IMG/VR virus record: IMGVR_UViG_3300042906_000531
Reading direction: 5' to 3' (one strand)
DNA length: 40,186 nt
From: a virus
Part shown: positions 32,401 through 40,186 of the stretch, piece by piece
How positions within the stretch are numbered: position 1 is the first letter of the stretch
How the letters are laid out: every line of letters starts with the position of its first letter
Made by a program: the position numbers and the translations under genes
The notes under the pieces: generated by a model
Database searches by the model: none
Seen by the model: only the letters and a program-made list of their open reading frames with translations
Told to the model about the DNA's origin: nothing

Positions 32401-32858
32401 AACTACAAGAAAGACTAGGCGCATTCCAGCGTCAAAAATACAAGACAATCAACTTTGCAAATCAAGAGCTTCAGGTTTATGTACCAACTCGTAACGAGAT
32501 GAAAAACCTGATGGACAAGCTCCGCAAGCCAACTCCAGAACTTATAGAGGCCGAATATCAGGACCTTATTAAGTCGCTGTGGGAGTTCGCTTCGCCTACA
32601 GACGACGGCATTGAAGTCAAAGATGACGATGTTGTCGTTAACGGCTCTAGCATGAAGAATGCGGCGCGTTACAAGTCAATCATGAAGATGCGCGAGATCG
32701 CAATGATCTCACTGGTTGGATTCAAAGAAGGCGACGATTTGTTTGCGCTTTCTTACGAGGACATCTCCGATACATTGTCCGAGGTCGAGATCAAAGAACT
32801 TGTGAAATCTATCGAGTCTGTGGTTAACCCGGACTACGAGGAAACGAAAAAAAACTAA
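32397..32858 (+). CDS. Tail assembly chaperone (gpG-like, zero-frame product)
   Basis: Acidic 153-aa protein directly upstream of the tape measure gene. It ends 1 codon after an in-frame A_AAA_AAC heptamer. Confidence 0.8.
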   Translation: MKLQERLGAFQRQKYKTINFANQELQVYVPTRNEMKNLMDKLRKPTPELIEAEYQDLIKSLWEFASPTDDGIEVKDDDVVVNGSSMKNAARYKSIMKMREIAMISLVGFKEGDDLFALSYEDISDTLSEVEIKELVKSIESVVNPDYEETKKN

Positions 32859-33223
32859 CGGGGTCGCTATATCTGCAAATCAGGGCGGCGGCCATATTCA
32901 ACGGTCAAAGTCCTGAAGTCTTTGATAGCCTTGATGTAGCGACCATTCGAGCGTTAGAATTGATGTATCGAGATGGGATGATTGGTGCTAGACACAATCT
33001 AATACTTTCGTCTCATCTGATGTCGGTTGTTTATAACTTTGCGTCATCGTGGGCCAAAGGCGGCAAGACGATGAAACCGCAAGAGTTCTTCCCTCATATG
33101 GAGGCGTATTTTGTACCTCCAAAAGAAATGACAAGACAAGAGCGCGACTTTGTGGCTTTTACTTCGCTGCCCGGATTTAAGGCGGAGTATCTTGAAATAC
33201 TAGGAGGGAAGCGTGGCAGGTAA
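32397..33223 (+). CDS. Tail assembly chaperone G-T fusion product (via -1 frameshift at 32849..32855)
   Basis: The -1 frame reads KKLTGSLYLQIRAAAIFNGQSPEVFDSLDVATIRALELMYRDGM...GGKRGR without a stop. ORF-track entry 32960..33223 is the 3' part of this frame (phase 2 versus phase 0 for G). Confidence 0.7.
32849..32855 (+). promoter_or_regulatory. -1 programmed ribosomal frameshift slippery heptamer A_AAA_AAC
   Basis: Zero-frame codons are acg aaa aaa aac taa. The -1 frame is open from here to 33223. Confidence 0.75.
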
Positions 33224-35117
33224 GATGATTGCTGGCCTTCAGGTCGGCCTAGCGCTAGACAGCGCAGAGTTTAAAAAGGGTGCCGACGAGGCCAAAAAGA
33301 AAGCTCAAGAGCTTGCCGGTACGTTTGAGTCTACAAGCGCTCAAACCAAAAATTATTCCTCCGCTCTCAATGACGCGGCGAATGCCAAAAAGAACTTTCA
33401 ATACAACCTGAGGAACATCGGTTATCAGGTTCAGGATTTCTCTACGCAGGTTGCCGCGGGAACTTCTGCTGCACAAGCCCTTACCCAACAGTTACCGCAA
33501 CTGCTTAGTGGATTCGGCACGATGGGTGTGGTGCTGGGCGCTCTTGCTGCTGTCGGGATTCCGCTTGTTACTGCTGGCATTACGAAACTCATAGGCGACA
33601 TTAAGGGCTTAGACGATGCTACAAAAGGTGCGACGGATGCGGCGACTCAGTTTATTGAGGCCAATAACAAAGCCGCTTTATCGCTAAGTGAAATAGCCGA
33701 GAGTTACCACAAAGAAGCTGGCCCTGCTCTTATGGAGCTTTATGACCAGCTGTTGCAGATCTCAAAGTTAAAGCTAACAAACGAGATCAAGGAATTTGCT
33801 AAAGCAGTACAAAACGAATACGCGCCGATGTGGAAGTTGGCGCTGCCCGAGATCTTCAATTTGTTTAGGGATTCTCCAGTTGAGAAGCTAGCAAAAGATC
33901 TGGGCATTTCAGAGCAAGAAGCCACCAGACTGTTCTCCACCCTACGGAAGTTTGAGCAAGGTCAGGCAACGTTTGAGGAGCTTCGTGACGCTGTTATTGG
34001 GCTAAAGAATGCAAGCGGTGAAGCCACGAAAGAAGGACTGAAGTTAAGAGAACAGCTTCTTAGAGTCATTACGGCCAATCAAGAAGCGGCAGATGCCAAA
34101 ACAGATAGCCTAAAAAAAGCAGAGAAAGAGTCGGAAAAGGCTGCCAAATCAGAAGCGGATCGTGCCAAAGCCTACATAGAAAGTTTAGACGCGCAAATCA
34201 GAAAGCTCAGAGAAGGCGAGGATGCTGCGCTAAGGTTTGAAGCTGCTAAGTACGGCGGTGAAGCGTCTAAAAAAGCAGAGACCTTGATAGGGCTACAGGC
34301 TGGAAAAAGAGTCGCCGAGGATGTGACTAAGCCTAACTTTCTTGATGCGTTTCTTCCTACTAAGGAACAAATGCAGACTATTTTTGATGAGCTAAAAGGC
34401 TTTGTAAAAGAGGAGTCAAAAGACTTTGCTCTTAGTTTTCAGGCACCTGCTGGAGATACGCCATCAAAACTAATGGGTGAAAGCTGGGAGTCGCTTGTAC
34501 AAGCCGCAGAGAAAATTAAGCAAACAATAGATCCCTTAAGAGCTTTAGAGAAGGAAGTCGAGACGTTAGACAAGTTATTTTATTCGGGCCTCTTAAATCA
34601 AAAAGAGTATTTGAAGGCAGTGGATCTTGCGTTTGAAAACTTTACTAAAAAACACGATCCGCTTAAAGAACTACTAGAAGATCTAAGAGATGGCTTTAAG
34701 AGCTTAGGCGCAGAAATTGTCGATGCCTTTATGAAAGGAAGCTCGGCCGCTCAGGCGTTTAAGAATATTGCCCAAAGTCTGTTCCAGCGATTCGCTACCA
34801 AAGCACTCAATCGCTTTATTGATGCAATGATTCCCGGCGGCTCATCGTTCGCAGGACTGTTTAGAGCAGAAGGTGGCCCTGTAGCAAGTGGCCGTCCTTA
34901 TATCGTTGGAGAACAAGGCCCCGAGTTATTTGTACCTAAAGCAAGCGGAACCATCGTGCCTAACGGCGGATTCTCTGGCGGCGGGACTGTCGTCAACTAC
35001 AACATACAAGCGATCGACGTAAAGTCTTTTGAGGATCGGATTATGGGCAGCAACCGAGCGGTATGGGCAGCTAATGCCTACGCTCAGAAATCACTCTCAC
35101 CGAGAGGCAGAGCATGA
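33213..35117 (+). CDS. Tail tape measure protein
   Basis: 634 aa. GTG 6 nt after GGAGGG. Long helical, coiled-coil-rich sequence with hydrophobic Gly-rich segments, in the canonical position after G/G-T. Confidence 0.88.
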   Translation: MAGKMIAGLQVGLALDSAEFKKGADEAKKKAQELAGTFESTSAQTKNYSSALNDAANAKKNFQYNLRNIGYQVQDFSTQVAAGTSAAQALTQQLPQLLSGFGTMGVVLGALAAVGIPLVTAGITKLIGDIKGLDDATKGATDAATQFIEANNKAALSLSEIAESYHKEAGPALMELYDQLLQISKLKLTNEIKEFAKAVQNEYAPMWKLALPEIFNLFRDSPVEKLAKDLGISEQEATRLFSTLRKFEQGQATFEELRDAVIGLKNASGEATKEGLKLREQLLRVITANQEAADAKTDSLKKAEKESEKAAKSEADRAKAYIESLDAQIRKLREGEDAALRFEAAKYGGEASKKAETLIGLQAGKRVAEDVTKPNFLDAFLPTKEQMQTIFDELKGFVKEESKDFALSFQAPAGDTPSKLMGESWESLVQAAEKIKQTIDPLRALEKEVETLDKLFYSGLLNQKEYLKAVDLAFENFTKKHDPLKELLEDLRDGFKSLGAEIVDAFMKGSSAAQAFKNIAQSLFQRFATKALNRFIDAMIPGGSSFAGLFRAEGGPVASGRPYIVGEQGPELFVPKASGTIVPNGGFSGGGTVVNYNIQAIDVKSFEDRIMGSNRAVWAANAYAQKSLSPRGRA

Positions 35118-35761
35118 GCTTCCAAACCATCTTAAACATCTCCCAATACATCACGGTTAATAACCGTCGAATGGTTGGTCAGCAATACTCACGCTCCGGG
35201 CAAGTCAGGACAGCGCAGTATGTAACTTCGGTTCCGTGGGTGTTCACGGTTCGCCCTCATTCTTATCTTTACTATCCGCAGGTCAGAGACGTTATCCAGA
35301 CGATTGACAATTTAGATAGACAGACTGCGGCGACAATCACATTTAACACTACGAATCTTCAGTGGTTCACAGAGTACAAGGGCGGTCTTACGTCTGGACA
35401 GGCTGCTGCCCTTACCCTTGCAAGCGTTCCTGCGCCTAACGCTACAACGATTTCTGTCGGCAATCTTCCCGCTGTCTCAGCGTCTACCGTCGTCTTTGCT
35501 GCTGGCGACTTCCTCCAGATAGGAAACTATCCCTACAAGGTCACTACAGAGGTGCTGAGAGGCTCAGGATCGACCGTTAGCGTCACGTTACATCGTCCGG
35601 TGATAGGAACACCCTCTACGGGCACATTAACGGCTGTAGGGGCTTCCTGCACGTTCTCTGTGGTTGCGGAGTCTTGTCCTATTTACACGTTAAACCCGAT
35701 GACTAACGGCGCTTTCGTAGAGTGGAATTCAGACTTTGTCTTTAGGGAGAACGTCCAGTGA
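35114..35761 (+). CDS. Distal tail / tail-tip protein (215 aa)
   Basis: ATGA coupling to the tape measure gene. Positional inference. Confidence 0.55.
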   Translation: MSFQTILNISQYITVNNRRMVGQQYSRSGQVRTAQYVTSVPWVFTVRPHSYLYYPQVRDVIQTIDNLDRQTAATITFNTTNLQWFTEYKGGLTSGQAAALTLASVPAPNATTISVGNLPAVSASTVVFAAGDFLQIGNYPYKVTTEVLRGSGSTVSVTLHRPVIGTPSTGTLTAVGASCTFSVVAESCPIYTLNPMTNGAFVEWNSDFVFRENVQ

Positions 35762-36432
35762 GTACGCCAATGACAGCGCTAAATAGCGCAAGCATTACTC
35801 ACGGTGAATTTGTAAAACTTACGACATCAACAACAACTTACGCATTTTGTAACGCTGCTGCTCCTATTACGGTTAGCGGCACGACGTTCTCAAATCTGGG
35901 AAGTCTTTTGTCTGTCGGTGCAGTTAATCGAGAAATTAAGGCCACATCAATTGATATGGTGATCGGTCTTGTAGGCATCGACCCGACAAACGTATCATTG
36001 GTCTTAGGATCAAACATCAAGGGTTCGACTGTCGAGATCTGGCGAGGATTCTTCGACTCCAACTACCAGATCATCACAAGCCCTAGCACACAATTCTTCA
36101 AGCGTTATCAGGGGATTGTTTCCAACATCAGCCTGACTGAGGACTGGAACGAGCAACTAAGAAGCAGAACGGTTACAGCGTCGATCTCTTGCGCTTCTTT
36201 CAGGGCCATTCTGGAAAACAGAATTGCAGGCATTCGCACGAACGTAAATAGCTGGCAACAACAATACTCGGGCGATACAAGCATGAGTCGAGTCGCGGCG
36301 ATTGCTGGACAGTATTTTGACTTTGGTGCTCCACCGCAGTCTGGATCTCAATCAGCACCGGGATCGGATGTGGTTGTTGGTGTAGAGACGGATATTCAAC
36401 GCAAATTAGATACGGACCTTACCTCACGATGA
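35758..36432 (+). CDS. Tail-tip (hub) protein (224 aa)
   Basis: GTGA coupling. Sits between the distal tail protein and the host-specificity protein, in a gpL / GTA g13-equivalent position. Confidence 0.55.
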   Translation: MSTPMTALNSASITHGEFVKLTTSTTTYAFCNAAAPITVSGTTFSNLGSLLSVGAVNREIKATSIDMVIGLVGIDPTNVSLVLGSNIKGSTVEIWRGFFDSNYQIITSPSTQFFKRYQGIVSNISLTEDWNEQLRSRTVTASISCASFRAILENRIAGIRTNVNSWQQQYSGDTSMSRVAAIAGQYFDFGAPPQSGSQSAPGSDVVVGVETDIQRKLDTDLTSR

Positions 36433-36866
36433 GATACGCGACAAAATACGATCTGCCTCACTTCATTGAGATGATGAAGGCCTACGCAAAAGAAGCCAAT
36501 ATCAAGGCGCTACAAGAAAATCAGAACATAGATCAGGTTAAAAATCTATTCGATCAAATGATTAACGGTCGAGGATTTGTTCTTGTTGATGACAATCTTC
36601 GCGGGTTTCTAGCGGCTTATGTTGGCAGGAACTTTTGGAATCGCCACATAAGAGAGCTTCACGAGGTGGCGTGGTGGGTCATGCCAGAGTACAGAAATAC
36701 AAGTATCGGCGGGAGATTGTGGTTAAGGTTTAATCAACTCGCTCAATACATGCTGGATCAAAAACGTGTGGACATTGTGTGTACGAGTCTTATGCCATCT
36801 AGCCCGGAAATAGACTATACGAAATATAAGTTCAAGCCCTTGCAAGCGACCTTCTTTCGAGAGTAG
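36429..36866 (+). CDS. GNAT-like acetyltransferase-fold protein embedded in the tail-tip module
   Basis: ELHEVAWWVMPEYRNTSIGGRLWLRFNQLAQYM fits GNAT motif A (V.P.yR..giG..L). ATGA coupling upstream. Confidence 0.5.
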   Translation: MRYATKYDLPHFIEMMKAYAKEANIKALQENQNIDQVKNLFDQMINGRGFVLVDDNLRGFLAAYVGRNFWNRHIRELHEVAWWVMPEYRNTSIGGRLWLRFNQLAQYMLDQKRVDIVCTSLMPSSPEIDYTKYKFKPLQATFFRE

Positions 36867-36869
36867 ATC

Positions 36870-39800
36870 ATGCCAGCATCAATTGTCTTAAGCGCAGTTT
36901 ATGGATCAATGGCCGCTGCCGGAGCTGCATTAGGATCTATTGGTCTTGCAGCTGCGACCTTTGCAATCAACTTTGCGGTTTCCTTTGTCGTTACTCGAGC
37001 TTTTGGTAACAAGCCATCGCAGGCTCAGGATATGGGCGCTAGGCAGCAAATGCCTCCTGCTAACAGTAATTCCATCCCTGTCGTTTATGGCAGCGCGTGG
37101 CTAGGCGGAACCTTTGTCGATGCGGTGCTGACGACCGATCAAAAGACGATGTATTACGTCATAGCCATAAGTTCTATATCGTCGGATGCGTCTGCAACCT
37201 TTACTTATGACACGCAAAAGTTTTACTACGGTGATCGCTTAATCACGTTTGATAATGTAGATCAGACTAAAGTAGTATCCCTGACCGATGGTGCAAGTAA
37301 TGTCGATGACAAGATCTCGGGCAATCTGTACATCAGTCTTTACACATCTACGAATGCTGGCGTTATTACCCCTGTAAACGGAACCGCGCCTAATGTAACA
37401 ATGGGCGGATCTGAGATTCCCGCATCTCTTCGCTGGCCTGCATCTGGCCGTCAGATGAACGGATTAGCGTTTGCAATCGTTAAGCTGAATTACAACGCTG
37501 ACGCAGGCACGACAGGCCTACAACCCATAACGTTTTACTGCACACACCTTCCTAAAGGCGGATCTGTTTGTAAGCCCGGAGATGCGTGGTACGACTACAT
37601 GACAGACGAGCGTTACGGCGCAGGCATGACTGGTCTCGTGGATTCTGCAAGCGCGACAGCTCTTAACACTTACTCGGATCAGACCATTACCTATACGCCT
37701 TCTGGAGGCGGATCGGCCACACAAGCCCGATACAGAATTAACGGTGTCATAGACACGGGAAGGCCGGTACTAGATAACGTTGAGAAGATGTTGGAGTGCT
37801 CCGATAGTTGGATGGCTTACAACGCCGCTTCTGGACTTTGGTCGATCATTATCAACAAGGCCGATAGTTCTACATTCTCGTTCAACGATTCAAACTTGAT
37901 CGGTGAGATCAGAGTCTCTGCAATCGACATCAATCAGCAGATCAATCAGATACAAATTGAGTTCCCATCTAAAGACAATCGGGATCAGCCCGATATGGTA
38001 TTTCTTGAGACACCTGCGGGCCTAAGGTATCCCAACGAACCTGATAACAGACAAACCACCAGCCTAGATTTTTGCAACAACTCTGTGCAAGCCCAGTATC
38101 TCGGTAATAGAAGGCTAGAGCAGGCACGAGAAGATCTCATCGTCACCATTACCTCGACATATCCGGGCATACAAGTCGATGCTGGTGATGTGGTTGACAT
38201 TACAAACGCAGACTACGGATGGACAAACAAGCTCTTCCGGGTCATGAAGGTATCCGAGGCTACGGTAGATGACGGGAACTTAGGAGCCACATTAGAACTA
38301 TCTGAATACAACGCTGACGTTTATGACGACTCAAGTATTACAGCATTCGCTCCTGCGCCTAACTCTAGCCTGCCGTCTCCGACTTACTTCTCGAGCCTAA
38401 ATGCTCCGGTCTTAGGCGATCTTGCACCTTCTGCTGCACCTCCGACATTCTCTGCCACTTGCACGATGCCAACTGTAGGCCGAGTCACTACCGTCACATT
38501 GTTCTACACGAGTTCTGCGACTCCTTCTGCAACAGACTGGAAAGTCATCAGCTCTCAAATCCTGAGCAACGGATCGACGTTTGCAAACTTAAGTACCGTT
38601 AAGTTTGAGAATCTGCAAATAGCTGGTGGAACGTGGTACTTTGCTTTTTCTGTTTCCAACGAGTCAGCTAAGAGCGCACTGTCGGCTACGAGTGCAGCAT
38701 TTGTGTGGTCGCCTACAGGAATGGCGGGACCTACGGGGCCTACAGGCAGTCAGGGGCCAACGGGAGATCAGGGCCCTACAGGAAGTCAGGGACCGACCGG
38801 AAGTTCTGGCCCGACAGGCGGATCTGGGCTCATAGGTATTGCCTTTATTAACGCTTATCTTGTTCAGTCACAAACCGCATCCACACCTTCTTTCTCGACA
38901 CCGACATCTGGCTCTGCGGTTCCTGCTGGATGGTCGTCTACGGTTCCCGGCATTTCTATCGGTCAGGTGCTTTGGTATCTACAGGGAAGATACAACGCCA
39001 ACGCAGTGACCGTAGATGGAGTGCCTGCTAATTCAACAGCGTGGACAGGGCCTATAGCTGCCTCTGTGTTTCAGAGCATCCTTTCTGACAACTATAACGG
39101 CCCCATTCCTCCGACATCTTCCAGTTATGGAACGGCTGGTTGGTATCTCGATAAGACCTCTGGTGGCCTATATGCGTCTGCTGCGTATCTCAGAGGAGAG
39201 ATTGCTTCTGGTACTGGATCAGACCGTATCACGATCAACAACTCCAACAATCTTGAGATTCAGGGCTACACGACTTACGGTGGAACGACTCCGTGGTTCT
39301 CGATGGGTGTATCTGGTTACGACACAAAGATCCTGAGTGTCAATGCTGTTAACTACCCTTATGCGGATTGTGCGGTTCAGTTCTTAGGCGGTGCCTCTGG
39401 TCAATTTACACTCAAGGTTCCCAATGGCGCAGGCTCTCCGTTAGTTAAGGGCGCTTACTTCAGTGCATTTGCAGCCGAGGCGCTTGTCGTTGAAAGAACA
39501 TCTTCCCTAACAAACGGAAACGGCTCTACGTTTTCTAATGCCAATGGTTATGCAATCAGGGTTTTGACTGGCGGCATCGCTTCTAATGTTTATTACTTCC
39601 CGAATACCTCAGCAGGCTTCACGCAGATCCAAAACATCCCCAACAACACGACGACCTTTTTGAGAGGCGACGGTTCGTGGGCTTCAGGCATTGCCGGACC
39701 TACGGGGCCGACGGGCCCGCAAGGTATACAAGGCGATCAGGGGATACAAGGAAATCCCGGACCTACTGGCCCGCAGGGTGCTACTGGCCCAGCATCAACG

Positions 39801-40186
39801 GTTCCCGGCCCGACAGGCCCGCAGGGTCCTACCGGCGCAGCGTCTACCGTTCCGGGGCCAACAGGCCCGCAGGGAGCTACAGGTCCGACGGGAGCTACGC
39901 CTTCGCTGCCTGATCCGTGGACAAACTCAATTGCTCTTGCTTCCGGTAAGACGGCCTCACTGAGAGGAACATCCTTTGCAGACAACTCGTGGGTCTTTAC
40001 GAACAGCACCGGTTCCTATGCAACTGGAGCTAACATCGTTCTTTACACGAGCAGTGCCTCACAAACGTGGACATTCAACTCCAACGGTAATGCTTATGCT
40101 GATGCTGGTTCGTGGGTTAACTCTTCAGACAGAAACGTCAAAGAGAACATCCAGAACTACAGTGGTGGACTTCAGAAGATCCTTGC
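36870..40186 (+). CDS. Central tail fibre / host-specificity protein (gpJ / GTA g15-like), 5' part; continues at 1..344 (1177 aa total)
   Basis: ATG 36870. The frame has no stop to the window end, which is why it is missing from the ORF track. The hydrophobic Gly/Ala N-terminus is [45 protein letters not shown] is typical of the Phage-tail_3 host-specificity domain. Collagen-like GPTG blocks lie near 38719..38832 and 39691..39900. Confidence 0.88.
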   Translation, partial: MPASIVLSAVYGSMAAAGAALGSIGLAAATFAINFAVSFVVTRAFGNKPSQAQDMGARQQMPPANSNSIPVVYGSAWLGGTFVDAVLTTDQKTMYYVIAISSISSDASATFTYDTQKFYYGDRLITFDNVDQTKVVSLTDGASNVDDKISGNLYISLYTSTNAGVITPVNGTAPNVTMGGSEIPASLRWPASGRQMNGLAFAIVKLNYNADAGTTGLQPITFYCTHLPKGGSVCKPGDAWYDYMTDERYGAGMTGLVDSASATALNTYSDQTITYTPSGGGSATQARYRINGVIDTGRPVLDNVEKMLECSDSWMAYNAASGLWSIIINKADSSTFSFNDSNLIGEIRVSAIDINQQINQIQIEFPSKDNRDQPDMVFLETPAGLRYPNEPDNRQTTSLDFCNNSVQAQYLGNRRLEQAREDLIVTITSTYPGIQVDAGDVVDITNADYGWTNKLFRVMKVSEATVDDGNLGATLELSEYNADVYDDSSITAFAPAPNSSLPSPTYFSSLNAPVLGDLAPSAAPPTFSATCTMPTVGRVTTVTLFYTSSATPSATDWKVISSQILSNGSTFANLSTVKFENLQIAGGTWYFAFSVSNESAKSALSATSAAFVWSPTGMAGPTGPTGSQGPTGDQGPTGSQGPTGSSGPTGGSGLIGIAFINAYLVQSQTASTPSFSTPTSGSAVPAGWSSTVPGISIGQVLWYLQGRYNANAVTVDGVPANSTAWTGPIAASVFQSILSDNYNGPIPPTSSSYGTAGWYLDKTSGGLYASAAYLRGEIASGTGSDRITINNSNNLEIQGYTTYGGTTPWFSMGVSGYDTKILSVNAVNYPYADCAVQFLGGASGQFTLKVPNGAGSPLVKGAYFSAFAAEALVVERTSSLTNGNGSTFSNANGYAIRVLTGGIASNVYYFPNTSAGFTQIQNIPNNTTTFLRGDGSWASGIAGPTGPTGPQGIQGDQGIQGNPGPTGPQGATGPASTVPGPTGPQGPTGAASTVPGPTGPQGATGPTGATPSLPDPWTNSIALASGKTASLRGTSFADNSWVFTNSTGSYATGANIVLYTSSASQTWTFNSNGNAYADAGSWVNSSDRNVKENIQNYSGGLQKIL
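40060..40186. repeat. Right copy of exact 127-nt terminal duplication
   Basis: Identical to nt 1..127. Confidence 0.97.

Overview
The window is a complete, circularly closed genome of a tailed dsDNA phage, about 40,059 bp. The last 127 nt (40060..40186) repeat nt 1..127 exactly, so the linear break point is arbitrary and cuts the central tail-fibre gene (36870..40186, continuing in 1..344).

Gene layout:
- Late operon, + strand: TerS, TerL, HK97-type portal, prohead protease, two tandem paralogous major capsid genes, connector and neck genes, and a tail tube candidate.
- It continues with the G/G-T chaperones (A_AAA_AAC -1 frameshift), tape measure, tail-tip genes and a GNAT-like gene.
- The 1177-aa host-specificity protein has collagen-like repeats and an S74 self-cleaving chaperone domain.
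- After the junction come a collagen-like fibre, a triple LamG protein, an HNH-AP2 homing endonuclease, a GT2-TPR glycosyltransferase and a lysis cassette (TM protein, GH108 endolysin, 3TM holin).
- Leftward early operon, - strand, 8392..11509: YqaJ exonuclease, SSB, YbcO-like nuclease, PD-(D/E)XK-like protein and Erf.
- Rightward early operon, 11587..19280: DnaT-like initiator, DnaB-like helicase, C5 methyltransferase, MazG, DUF3310 and many small ORFs. It ends at a strong terminator (19319..19345).
- A Dps-like gene and a terminase-associated HNH follow.

No integrase, repressor, tRNA, CRISPR array or reverse transcriptase was seen.

Most unusual observations:
1. The C5-methyltransferase gene is open over essentially its whole length in a second frame, and that product carries methyltransferase-like motifs.
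2. A translationally coupled ORF encodes about 38 Gly-X dipeptides (X = N/Y/D/C) from a GGC-NAC hexanucleotide array.
3. A repeat-flanked, opposite-strand cassette of 4 to 6 genes is wedged between the HNH and terS, where a cos site is normally expected. It includes a Cys-rich 238-aa protein and an unlisted 50-aa HTH ORF.
4. The tandem capsid paralogs are separated by a hairpin.
5. A glycosyltransferase sits next to GPT-rich collagen-like fibres.

All family assignments come from motif recognition by eye, and none is database-verified.
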